From the NCBI RefSeq assembly GCF_964213995.1, contig NW_027590554.1, positions 62,001 through 126,000 of the forward strand: a DNA stretch of 64,000 nucleotides. Direction: 5' to 3'. The notes under the pieces are model-generated. The model was not told the origin of the DNA, ran no database searches, and saw only the letters and a list, made by a program, of their open reading frames with translations. The stretch is from Mustelus asterias (taxonomy: Eukaryota). Position 1 is the stretch's first letter; every line of letters begins with the position of its first letter. The position numbers and the translations under genes were made by a program. Below, in pieces: positions 25,491-38,719 of the stretch.

Positions 25491-28400
25491 TAGAACATAG
25501 AACATAGAACAGTACAGCACAGAACAGGCCCTTCGGCCCACGATGTTGTGCCGAGCTTTATCTGAAACCAGGATCAAGCTATCCCACTCCCTATCATCCT
25601 GCTGTGCTCCATGTGCCTATCCAATAACCGCTGAAATGTTCCTAAAGTGTCTGACTCCACTATCACTGCAGGTAGTCCATTCCACACCCCAACCACTCTC
25701 TGCGTAAAGAACTTACCTCTGATATCCTTCCTATATCTCCCACCATGAACCCTATAGTTATGCCCCCTTGTAGTAGCTCCATCCACCCGAGGAAATAGTC
25801 TTTGAACGTTCACTCTATCTATCCCCTTCATCATTTTATAAACCTCTATTAAGTCTCCCCTCAGCCTCCTCCGCTCCAGAGAGAACAGCCCTAGCTCCCT
25901 CAATCTTTCCTCATAAGACCTACCCTCCAATCCAGGCAGCATCCTGGTAAATCTCCTCTGCATTCTGTCCAGCGCTTCCACATCCTTCTTATAGTGAGGT
26001 GACCATAACTGCACACAATATTCCAAACGTGGTCTCACCAAGGTCCTGTACAGTTGCAGCATAACACCACGGCTGTTAAACTCCAACGCCCTGTTAATGA
26101 AAGCTAACACACTATAGGCCTTATTCACAGCTCAATCCACTTGAGTGGCAACCTTTTGAGATCTATGGATATGGACCCCAAGATCTCCCTGTTCCACCAC
26201 AGTCTTCAGATCCTTATCTTTGACCCTGTAATCCACAATTAAATTAGTCCGACCAAAATGAATCACCTCACATTTATCAGGGTTAAACTCCATTTGCCAT
26301 TTTTCAGCCCAGCTTTGCATCCTATCTATTTCTCTTTGCAGCCTACAACAGCCCTCCACCTCATCCACTACTTCACCAATCTTGGTGTCATCAGCAAATT
26401 TACTGATCCACCCTTCAGCCCCCTCCTCTAAGTCATTAATTAAAATCACAAAGAGCAGACGACCAAGCTCTGATCCCTGCGGCACTCCGCTAGCAACCTG
26501 CCTCCAGTCCGAAAAGTTTCCATCCACCACCACCCTCTGTCTTCGATCAGATAGCCAATTACCTATCCAATCGGCCAACTTTCCCTCTATCCCACACCTC
26601 CTTACTTTCATCATAAGCCGACCATGGGGGACCTTATCAAACGCCTTACTAAAATCCATGAATATGACATCAACTGCCCGACCTTCATCAACACACTTAG
26701 TTACCTCCTCAAAAAATTCAATCAAATTTGTGAGGCACGACTTGCCCTTCACGAATCCGTGCAGACTATCCCGGATTAATCCGCATCTTTCTAAATGGTC
26801 GTAAATCCTATCCCTAAGGACCTTTTCCGTCAATTTACCAACCACCAAAGGAAGACTAATCGGTCTATAATTACCAGGGTCATTTCTATTCCCTTTCTTA
26901 AACAGAGGAACAACATTCGCCACTCTCCAGTCCTCTGGCACCATCCCCGTGGACAGTGAGGACCCAAAGTTCAAAGCCAAAGGGTCTGCAATCTCATCCC
27001 TTGCCTCCCAAATAATCCTAGGATATATTTCATCAGGCCCAGGGGACTTATCGACCTTCAGTTTATTCAAAACTGCCAGTACGTCCTCCCTCCGAACAAC
27101 TATTTCCTCCAGCCTATTAGGCTGTAACACCTTCTCTTCCTCAAAAACATGGCCCCTCTCCTTGGTGAACACTGAAGAAAAGTATTCATTCACCACCTCG
27201 CCTATCTCTACTGACTCCATACACAAGTTCCCACTACTGTCCTTGACCAGCCCTAACCTCACCCTGGTCATTCTTTTAATCCTCAAGTAAGAGTAAAAAG
27301 CCTTGGGATTTTCATTGATCCGACCCGCCAAGGACTTCTTAAGTCCCCTCCTAGCTCTCCTAAGCCCCTTTTTCAGCTCGTTCCTTGCTACCTTGTAACC
27401 CTCAATCGAGCCATCTGAACCTTGTTTCCTCATCCCTACATAAGCTCCCCTCTTCCTTTTCACAAGAAATTCCACCTCTTTCGTGAACCATGGTTCCCTC
27501 ACTCGGCCATTTCCTCCCTGCCTGACAGGGACATACCTATCAAGGACACCCAGTATTTGTTCCTTGAAAAAGTTCCACTTTTCATTAGTGCCTTTCCCTG
27601 ACAGTTTCTGTTCCCACATTATGCCCCCTCATTCTTGCCTAATCGCATCATAATTACCTCTCCCCCAATTATAAACCTTGCCCTGCCGTACGGTCCTATC
27701 CCTCTCCATTGCAATAACAAAAGACACCGAATTGTGGTCACTATCTCCAAAGTGCTCTCCCACAACCAAATCTAACACTTGGCCCGGTTCATTTCCCAGT
27801 ACCAAATCCAATGTGGCCTCACCTCTTGTCAGCCGATACACATATTGTGTCAGGAAACCCTCCTGCACACACTGCACAAATATTGCCCCATCCGAACTAT
27901 TTGACCTACAAAGGTTCCAATCAATCTGTGGAAAGTTAAAGTCCCCCATGACAACTACCCTGTGACCCCCACACATATCCATAATCAGCTTAGCAATTTC
28001 TTCCTCCACATCTCTATTACTATTTGGGGGCCTATAGTAAACTCCTAACAACGTGACCGCTCCTTTCCTATTTCTAACTTCAGCCCATATTACCTCAATG
28101 TGCAGATCGCCCTCGAAGTGCCTTTCTGCAGCCTTTCGGCTATCCTTGATTCACAATGCCACTCCTCCACCTCTTTTACCAGCTTCCCTACACTTACTGA
28201 AACATCTATACCCCGGAACGTCCAACAACCATTCCAGTCCTTGTTCTACCCACGTCTCCGTAATGGCCACAACATCGTAGTCCCAGGTACCAATCCACGC
28301 CCCAAGTTCATCTACTTTGTTCCGGATGCTCCTTGCATTGAAGTAGACACACTTCAATCCAACCTCCTGTCTACCGGTTCCCATCCTTGACCTTGATACC

Positions 28401-28735
28401 TTCCCCAATACCTCAGCACCCTCAACACTGACTTCTGGACTACAACTCCTTTTCCCACTCCCCTGACAAATTAGTTTAAACCCCCCTGAAGATCCGTAGC
28501 AAATTTCCCTCCCAGGATATTGGTGCCCCTCTGGTTCAGTTGCACCCCGTCTTGTTTGTACAGGTCTCACCTTCCCCAGAATTTGTTCCAATTATCCACG
28601 TATCTGAAACCCTCCCTCCTACACCATCCCTGCAACCACATGTTTAACTGCACTCTCTCCCTGTTCCTCAACTCGCTATCACGTGGCACCGGTAACGTAC
28701 CAGAGATGTCCACATGTTTTGTCTTGGCTCTCAGC
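25491..28735 (-). mobile_element. CR1 LINE: end of ORF1 plus disrupted ORF2 (APE and RT)
   Basis: NARSIRNK, AITETW, GDFN, SDHN and FADD motifs across ORFs 28151-28591, 27629-28051, 26132-27619 and 25574-26128. Confidence 0.95.
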
Positions 28736-29329
28736 TAATAAATAAAGGTGCCTTCAATGGAAAAGGTTTAAATTGGTTAAAGAAAATGCTGAACCATAAG
28801 AAGCCATTTTTAGGGAGAGAACTTCCAGAAAACAGACTGATTAACAGAGATGTATTTGAAGATGTCAGAAAGTTATTGATTGAAAAACATTTTATCAGTA
28901 GACTGACGGATCAATTAATGAATAAAATTGTTGTTAATTATGTGCTGGGCAGATTAATCTGAGAATGAAGCATTACTCTTCCATTTTCTTGGCATGAAAT
29001 CTGAGATCTTTTGTGAAAGCCTGTTAGCGCATTAGCTGTGTCGGTGGAACTATTGGTCTCTTATTTTTGCAAAAATGATATTTGTCTTGTCCTAATTGTA
29101 TGTTTGTCTGAATTATGTTAATTGGTAATGTTTTTCATTCTAACATTTCAATGTTTTAATAAAAACCAGTTTAATTGAAAAATTTCATTGAACTGAATAA
29201 ACTTCTTTTTTGCCTTTTGTGAAATGAAATGTTGAATGAAAAGATCTTTAAATTAATCAGGCCACTTAAAATAATTTCCCACAACATGTTGTATTGGTGA
29301 AGCCCTTGCAAGATTTGACCAAGGGACGA

Positions 29330-31450
29330 AGAGCAAGCTGTGAGAGAGTCGAAGGGAGAGAGGCAGAAGCACAAGCTTTTTCAGATTAAAACAGTCTTTG
29401 GTGCGAACTCCAGCTTTGCGGGTGCCAGATCTCACCAAACCCTTCCACATTTTCTGTGAAGAGAATGACGCGATCTAAGCAGCTGCAGTGAGCCAACGAC
29501 ATGGGGAGAGCTTAAGACTGGTGGCGGATTCCTCCATCGAATTAGATTCAGTTGTCAGAGGTATGTATCGATGCAGAAGAGCATGTGCGTGTGCCTCGTG
29601 GGCAATAAGTGTTTCCGAGCCACTCACACTGATGGGGAAGAAAAATCTCCCTCGCGCCCGCAAAATCATTGAAAACTGGACGACGTTCAAATGGGGAAGC
29701 AAAGCTTTTGCCAGGAGACATGCATGTGGAGACCAGCAGAGATGTAAGGGAGAATTCCACGGAAAGATTGACAGTGCAGAACGGAGCATGAGTATGTTGA
29801 GGAAGTGACTCAGGAAGCAAGTAGAGGATGAGCAGAGGAACCACTTGTAGGAGAAGGGGCAATTAACCTATACAAAGATGGAGCAAGAAAGGATGTCAAC
29901 AGAGAACTCTGCACTGCATGGACGGTGCGAGAAGATAAGGGAGCGGTGATTGCAGTGTAATAAATCCCCCGGTAAAATTCAGCCAAGTAACAGGGTTGTT
30001 GGCTTTAGCTCAGGTTTTATAATGGAGCAAGGAAAATGACTCAATGTTTATTCCGACCGTGGATATGCATTTGGAATAGTTCATGATTGCATGGCAGCCT
30101 GGAGCAGACGGGACTTTGTGATTTGTAGTGTTGGATACAGACAACATGAGGATTTACTTACACCTTTACTGCGAACAACTAACAGCCCCCTAAAAGCAGC
30201 AGTAATTAAAGTCCAAGTCTACCGGAAAATTACGAATCAGGCACAGAAAGAATACAGCTTCGTTGGTAAAGCGCCGAAGGATTTAGTGGAACTGGATTGA
30301 GAATGGAAGCAGGCTACAGGATTGGCAGCTGTAGTAGTGTGGAACAACACTACTTCAGCTGATGTCAAAAAGGAGCAGGAACAAGCAGATGTGGAAGAAA
30401 AGGAAATATGGGAGAAAGACGGAGGACAGATAGATCATGATGGACAATGGGGAAGGGAAGGAAATATAATAGTCCCCCGAGGTAATACAGTAATCGTTGC
30501 TGAAAATGTACCATGGATTAGCACATACGGGCAGAGAGAAAATGTTTAATTTTTTAAGAGAATGTTAGTGGTGGAAGCAGTTGGAAACAGACGTGGCGAA
30601 GTTTTGTGAGAGGTGTCTGCAGTGAGGCCCAGTGGAGACAGGCCGTCTCTGCAGGCTTACAATGGGAAGCCGGCCACGAGACAAAGGATCATGGGGGAAT
30701 TTGCAAATAGATTTTACGGGGCTTTCGCCAGGGGAACAAGGTAGGACATATTGTTTGGTAATTGTAGATCCGTTTATGCGATGAGCTGAAGTTTAACTCT
30801 GATATTGGTAATGAAATAATACGGAGGTGGGGAATGCCTCTTCAATTAGATTCAGATCAGGTAACCCACTTCACAAGACGGGTTTTAAAGGACGTCTGTT
30901 GAGTGTCAGGAGTAAAGTAAATGTTTCAAACACCATAACATCCTCACGGCTTAGGGATGGTAGAACGTATGAACCGAACACTGATGGACAGTGTAACTAA
31001 GGCTATTTTAGAAAAAAAGGAAACAATTGGTTGCGGACTTTGACTGCAATGGAACAGGAAACTTTGACTCATGGAACAGGATTAACCCCTTTGGAATTGA
31101 TAACAGGCAGGGCAATGCGTTTCACAATGGAAGAAATCACAGGTGGAGCAGAACTTGAAATATGCCAAGGGGCAGTATTTCAATGTATGAGGGACTCAAT
31201 AGATCGTTTGCATCCTCTCAAAAAGCAGGTAATCAGTCAGCAACAGCACAGAGACTGGACTAAACTGGTGGGAGAAAATGCTCCTGTTATATCTGCACCA
31301 GGAGATAAGGCAATGGTGAAACTAATCACAGACAAAAGAGGACTAGGATTTCATTGGAAGGGTCCTTTTGAGGCCGTGGTCACAGGAAAAAACATGTGCC
31401 CTGATTAACGAGACATCTGGTTTGCGATGGCGATACTTGACCGAACTAAA
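29330..31450 (+). mobile_element. Endogenous retrovirus (class I-like) pol remnant: connection, RNase H, integrase
   Basis: LKQSLVRTPALRVPDLTKPFHIF, LDSVVRGMYRCRRA, YAFGIVHD, LQIDFTG, YCLVIVD, GMVERMNRTL, TGLTPLELITGR and WKGPF; many stops. Confidence 0.85.
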
Positions 31451-31734
31451 AGCAAATCCCAATGAGCAATCCTGAAAATTATATTTGTTAATGTTGATAA
31501 TGTTCGTAAAATTATCTGTATTTGCAGAAAAGTTGTTAGATTAGGCCAGATCATGACACAAATAGCGGGGGAGCTGTAGAAAAGGAAGTAGAAAACAAAA
31601 TTAACTAGTTGCTAACTTGAAAGGCCTTAAGTCAGAGTGGTTTGCATTTACAGAACTGCCACTGAAGTACTTTGGAGCTTCTACAGCTACAAGCAAGGTC
31701 GACTGGACACCTCCCAACACAGAAGCAAAGCAAG

Positions 31735-32042
31735 TGGCGGCACGGTGGCACAGTGATTAGTACTCCTGTCTCACAGCGCTAGGGATCCAGATTCGATTCC
31801 GGCCTTGCGTCACTGTCTGTGTGGAGCTTGCACTTTCTCCCCGTTTCTGTGTGTTTTCTCCGGGTCTCTGGTTTTCTCCCACAGTCCAGAGGTCTGTGAG
31901 CTAGGTTGATTGGTCATGCTAAATTTACCCTTTTGTCAGGGATTAGCAGGGTAAATGTGTGCAATTACGGCCATAGGACCATAAGGTGGTCGGTGCAGAC
32001 TCGATCGACTGAATGGCTCCTTTTTTTACTGTAGGAATTCCA
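31735..32042 (+). mobile_element. HE1-type SINE
   Basis: GGCGGCACGGTGGCACAGTG head and conserved core. Confidence 0.85.
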
Positions 32043-32603
32043 TTATTCAAAGTCAAGTGCAAGTGACAGAGTGTAACATCTTATTATGGGAGTTTTTAAA
32101 AAGGTTTTACTTACTTGACATTGAGCAATGGTTGGGATTTTACTTTTCAAAAGGAAAAGAGGGAGAAAATTGTAAAAACCATTATGAAAACATGTGTTTG
32201 TATCTTTTTGGTAATGAGTGTAGAGATTTTCGCTCAGGTCGGACCAGAGACTTAGGCCCTGCAGCGTTCCCCTCGGGAGGCACATGTGAATACTCACTTA
32301 TATTTGGCACACAGATATGTTAGGTTTACCGATCAGGTAAAGTATTGGGTATGTTCATCCCCATCCATGCAGGAGGGGGAACATCTTTACAACCAAAGCC
32401 CTTATCATTTGCGGAATTGACAATGGCAGATCAAACAGCCCAAGTAGCCAAATATTCAGCAGACTGCATTCCAGGATTTTCAAGTTGGGAGGTACAGGAG
32501 GAGTATCACATCAGTGAGGCCTGTGCAGGAAGGTTAAATATGTGAAGGGGTACGCACCTGTTTATGACCGAACAAACACAGCTCCTAATGTAGATTTAAA
32601 GCC

Positions 32604-32944
32604 AGCGGCACGGTAGCACAGTGGTTCGCACTGCTGCTTCACAGCTCCAGGGTCTCGGGTTCGATTCCCGGCTCGGGTTACTGTCTGTGTGGAGTTTGCA
32701 CATTCTCCTCGTGTCTGCGTGGGTTTCCTCCGGGTGCTCCGGTTTCCTCCCACAGTCCAAAGATGTGCAGGTTAGGTTGATTGGCCAGGTTAAAAATTGC
32801 CCCTTAGAGTCCTGAGATGCATAGGTTAGAGGGATTAGCGGGTAAAATATATGGGGGTAGGGCCTGGGTGGGATTCTGGTCGGTGCAGACTCGATGGGCC
32901 GAATGGCCTACTTCTGCACTGTAGGGTTTCTATGATTTCTATGA
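32604..32944 (+). mobile_element. HE1-type SINE, young
   Basis: GCGGCACGGTAGCACAGTGG, GGTTCGATTCCC, TTTCTATGA tail. Confidence 0.92.
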
Positions 32945-34593
32945 ACACAGAATCAAGAGGAATCCATTGCACAGAGAATTTGGAAGGTTCTGGGAAAACA
33001 TAGGTGGAAGCGACTGTTATTATATAGTAAACCCATGGAGTGTGCTGTGCCTGAGTCCCGCCAGTAATGGTGGCAACTTGATAGCATTTAATGGTGTTTG
33101 GCATGCAAATATTCAATACTGACTATGGAGAAGGCATGTGTGCCCTCAGAAATGACTTGCCGGAAAATGCGAAGAGCTCCCTATCAGTCAATGTTAATGC
33201 CTTGGTGCTAGCAGTTGTGAAGAGCATTCATTTGTGCACACATTTAAGTCCAGCTGATTAAGATTGTGTGCTCGTCGGGCAATCCTCCTTGGCAGTATGA
33301 AACATGCCATTCATCCTCTTCCTGTAAATATGTGAATACGTGATATGTGATGTTAAGGGATTTTTCTGAGACTTCCCTCTGGGTCTCCTGCATTTTAAAC
33401 TCCATCTCAGTGTACCAGAACAGTCGCCGGAGTATGGCGACTCGGGGATTTTGAAAGTAATTTCTTTGCAGTGCTAATGTACGCCTACTTGTGACTAATA
33501 GCTAAACTTTTAACTCAATGTTACGTGACTTGGACAGTGCATTGCAGGTACTCACTACACAAGTCGTCTGCTGCCCTTCGAATAAGTAGGAATATTGACT
33601 TTGGAAAGTGCTGTCCATCAAGGCACGTTAACTTCCTGCAATGTCTCTTGTAAATGGAGCATGATACTGCCACTGTGTGTCGACGTTGGGGAGACTGAAT
33701 GCTGAAGAATGTAGATGTGTTGCTTTGTCTTTGATTGTCTCAATTTTGTTTTGCATTGTTGGGGCTGTCTATAGGTAAAATATGTGTTCAGTTGACAGAG
33801 AATATTGACCAAACCTTCAATAGAATCTGCCGGGAATGATTCAGTGTACAAGGCCAACGTTTTTCCCTTCCTTTCCACCACAATGTAAGCCTTGCTAATG
33901 GAACGACTTCAGAAGCTGGACATTCGGTTTCCACAATTATCTTTGCATAGTGTACTGCATTGCTGTCTTTGTCAATGAGCCATCTCAGCATAAATCTGCG
34001 TCCATCCTACACTTCCACTGCCACTCTCTCCATCTAGAGTCGCAAGGCAGTAGTCAGCAGCCAGACTCTGACTTGCCTTCCACAGAACAATATATCTCCT
34101 ACCTCAACGTGACATCCTCTTAGTGACCACTGATCTCTGAATCACAGAATAAGGTGCATCCTGCCTAAATTTCCCTCTCGTTACCGGGATCCGAAACATG
34201 TGCTTCCTAACTGGTGCTTATTCTAATCATTATCTCCCCCTTGACATTCTTCAACACCACATTGCTCAGAGATTCAACCGGGGACCTGTGCGATGTGCAT
34301 GACTCTGTGATACAGTGAAATTGTCCCGTGTATATCTTGTCGTTTTTATAATGTTAACAAAGTTTTATTTAACCTAAAGTAGTAAAACATCAATTGAAAT
34401 ATATCCTTATGCAGCTATGATGAGCCTGGCCATGGCTGTCATAACATGTTTGTTTAGATAACCGTGACTAACGCTGTGAAGGTGAAATGTCATTGCCTCA
34501 TGGGAGTTATCATTCGATATAAGCATGGAATTATTATAATAAGTCACAGCCGATTTAGGGCTGCTGTTTTCAGCACATCATTTCTCAACGAGA

Positions 34594-37559
34594 ATGCATG
34601 CCCCAGGAAACAATCCAGTGCTTGCTATTTACTATCCGATTCTTGCTGCTGTTGGTGTCCTGGGTAAGTTATTACAACAACTGGTTGTCCAAAGAGATTG
34701 TGTCCTGTACCAAGTGTCAGAATCGTCCAAATCTTTGGTTTATGAAGTTTTCAGATTTCTTTCACTAGTGCCCTTATTTCAATAAAATTTGATTGAAGGT
34801 CATTAGGTGGGATTGTGAAGTCTTGCTGGTGAGCCGCTTGTTGAGGAGAGAACAGTAAGTTTCAGATAGAAACAGGTGAATTGGTATTTAAATATACAGC
34901 AAGTGGAGAGATTGGAGCAAAATCCTTTTTTGTATTCATTCGTGAGACATGGGTGTCGATAACTGGCCAGCCTTTGTTCCCATCCCTAGTTGCCTTTGAC
35001 ATGGCCAATGCATGCTGCCCAACCAGCGACGCTCATGTCCCACAAAATAAAATCTGTCAAAACAGTGTTTCCCTTCAATTTCTCCCCTTGCCAATTATTT
35101 TCAATACCACTTCACTTTTTCGGAAAGGTAGAGCCTGATCGGATGGGAACTGGATGAAAACCCCAGAGGGGTACTTATAACCTTGAATTACTGGCAATTC
35201 GCGATACTTCATGAAATAAAGATAAAAAAGTTTCTTGGTTTGAATCCCTGAATGCCATAAAGCATGAATTGAAATGGTGGACCTGAATAGGATTGAAAGA
35301 AAGTCAGTCTGTGCTGCTTAAATAAAGATCAAGGGGGTGAATGGCGTGGCGAAGTAAACCCATCTCAAAATGTGGCAAGAAAAGCGCTCTGAGGAATTCT
35401 GGGTGATTTGACTATCTAAAACAATGACAGGAGTCATGAAATTTCATTCGAAATGTACAGGGACTGATTTAATTACAATGAAATGCTATCCTTCATTACG
35501 AGCGCAATTTAATATATAAATAATATGGATGTAATGGTTCAATCATACAGCGCATTAATGAGACAACATTTGGAATAATGTGCACAGATTTGGTGTCTCC
35601 TTTTGATGAAGGATGTGAATGCATCAGAGGAGCTCTGCTCCTTTGATATCTGGAATGAGTGTATTATCTTATGGCAGTGTGAGATATTGTCCACTGGTGT
35701 TTAGAAGAGTGAGGGGTGAACCCATTGACGTATATGAAATCCTGAACTGCCTTGAAGAGGTGGATGCAGCAATCATATGTCATCTTCTGGGTGAGTCTGG
35801 AACTGGGGGCGGCAATGCTTCAAAATTAAGGGCAGCCACGTTAAGACAAGAGACGTGGAGATTATTTCTTCTTCTTCTAGACAGTTGCATGACTTTGGAA
35901 CTCGATGCAAGAGATGGCAGTGGATATGGCGACTTTGACCTTTTTGAGGCAGAGGCTGATATACTGTTAGAAAAGAAAATCAAAGGTTTTTGGAGGTAGA
36001 TTGGAAAGTGGAATTTGGAAACACAAACAAATCAGCCATGTTGTCGTTGAACGGTTGAACAGGCTCAAGGTGTCGAATGATATAATTTTTCTGGTGTTTC
36101 ACATTTCGTAAACTGCAAAAAATCTGTCTATGGATAGAATTCCAGACAGTTGGTGCACAGACAGGCGTCAATGCACCCGAGTCTATGGAGAGATTTGCAG
36201 ACAATCTGTTTGTCGGTACAATCTGATAATAAGTTTCTGATGCAACGATTTTTGAACAATAATTTGATATGACCAGATATATGAAAAGAAATAATTAACG
36301 GCTGTATCTAACCAGCACGTTTCCTGAAGCAGAATTTCTGAATCATTGAATTGCTGACACACATTGAGTCCTGCCACCGGTGTCTTTCATTAAACTGATT
36401 GAGGAGGTCCTGGTTTGGTTTCAGTGCCCCGATCCGCATGCAGTTCTGAAGATCACCCACACCACTTTACAACTATGGCTCCTGTTAAGCTTTTTCAACC
36501 ATGTCGACCTCCTTATAGACTAATTTGTCCATCAGAATCAGAATCTACAACTTTGCCATCGTGCTGTGCAACATCCGTGTTTTATGTTAACAAACTTTTG
36601 ACAGTAGCCATATGTAACTCCCCTGAATACTTCTTCTCTGCCTTACAGCTAACATTGTCACCATTGTGATCCTGTCCAGAGGAAGGTGTGGTCTATCCAG
36701 ATGCATCACTCGTTACCTGTTATCCATGGCGGTGACAGATCTCCTGGTCATTATCACCGCTGTGATATTGAACAGGATTGCCGGTATATATTTTAGATTT
36801 AGTCGACTTTCCACCACTCCAGCCTGTACTGTGACCTCTATCTTAATTTACACTGCCACGGACAGTTCTGTCTGGTTAACGGTTGCTTTTACCTTTGATA
36901 GATTTGTGGCCATTTGTTGCTCGAAACTGAAAACAAAATATTGCACTGAGAGAATGGCGGTGGGGGTGATAGGAACAGTTTGTGCCCTGAGCTGCTTAAA
37001 AAACATCCCCTCTTATCTGACTTATGAACCGATGCTCATAGTGGACAATGTTGCGTGGTTATGTAACATTAAAGATATATTTTATACCTCTCTTGGGTGG
37101 ACAATATATGACTGGTTTGACCGAATTTCTACCCCTTGTCTTCCGTTCCTCCTGTTGTTACTGCTGAATGCTCTGACCGTTAGACACATCCTAGGTGCCA
37201 ATAGAGCCAGAAAAAGACTCCGCAAACAGAGCAATAGAGAAAATCCGATTGACCCTGAGATGGAGAACCGGAGAAAATCCATTGTTTTACTCTTCAGTAT
37301 CTCGGGCAGTTTTTTGTTGCTATGGACAATGTATGTTGTAAATTTCTTGTATGTTCGAGTTACAAAAAATAATTATTTTTCGGGCTCCAATTTTAATGAC
37401 CCAAAGTTCATCTTACAAGAAACCGGGAATACTCTTCAGCTTTTAAGTTCTTGCACCAACACCGTTGTTTATGGCGTGACCCAGAGGAAGTTCAGACAGG
37501 AGCTAAAAAACGGGATAAAATATCCACTGAGTCTCATTGTGAAATTAATGAAAAAATGA
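34594..37559 (+). CDS. Two-exon class A GPCR, GPR139/GPR142-like, 326 aa; exons 34594-34663 and 36649-37559
   Basis: Exon 1 MHAPGNNPVLAIYYPILAAVGVL ends G/GTAAGT and joins in phase to TTACAG/CT-AAC; seven hydrophobic segments, TFDRFVAIC, DPEMENRRKSIVLLF, SCTNTVVY; no stops. Confidence 0.92.
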
Positions 37560-38719
37560 AAGCCATCAACCTCTGCTGATTTCGGACTCATTTCACAACG
37601 CAATATCTCCCCCTGTCCTTTGTGTTATGGGTAACGCCATGCCCAACTCCAGCAGCCGATGTGTGCGAACATGAAACAACGTTCTTATTTCCTGCAATTG
37701 AAATTTCATGTTCAGTTAAAGGGTGTCATTTATCTCCATGGAGCAGATATTTTATTCACCGTTGAATTGTCGTTGAAACTATGCCGCGTGTAATGTCGAT
37801 TCAACGTTTGCCCCAGAATAACCATCCATGAATTCTCAGGTCATATATATATGAAGGGGAGATTGCTGTCCTGTCCAGACCACCCTAAATAAAACTGCTT
37901 TAAATTTATGAGGAGTCGAAGCCCAGGAATGGTGTGATGAGCCACAGACTTTCGCTGATTCCGTAGAATAGATAAATACCTGTGTGGGAAGCGGCCTTCC
38001 ACTCTGTCGAAACTTTTTTCATATTCGGTACGATTCATTCCATTCCTGCCAAATACATAATGAATGACCATTATCAAAACTACATATACCGTCTTTGCTT
38101 TTACATTCCAAACACAAACGTATTCAGGTTTTGGCATTTTTTAATTTTTCAAAATAATCAGCAGGCTTTTGCTTTGAGAATCCCAGATTCTTGGAAACAT
38201 TTGCAAACCCAATTCCATTGTTAAATTAAACCTTATTGTGCTAGCTCTAATATCATTTTTTCTCCTCCTTGATCGTAGCTCTGCCGGACATTTTTAAAAT
38301 CTCATTATTAAATCATTTAATTTTCTTTTTCTGAATTTCAACGTTTCCTGACCTGTGATACTAACTGAAATGTAAGTTTCTCGAGACCAATACCCACAAT
38401 TCAGATCATATATCATTGTGTATTGTATTGTGTATTGCACAATAACCAAGGCCAGTACATCATCCGTGAGTTATTGGGCTCAGACCTGAACACAGTTGTC
38501 CCGGTGAGTTGTAAGCAGTGTTTTATCTCACTGAAGTGTTGCATTAATTGCGTTATTTTCAAGCCATCTTCAGATAACCCCTAACGTTCCAATAGTTCTT
38601 TACTTATTTTTACCACCAGTCCATCAATCTTATGCGATTGATTTACGTGAACACGTCAATTTCTCTGCCACTGAAATGATTCATTTTTTTATCATTTCGG
38701 TAATTCTCTGTTTCACTGA

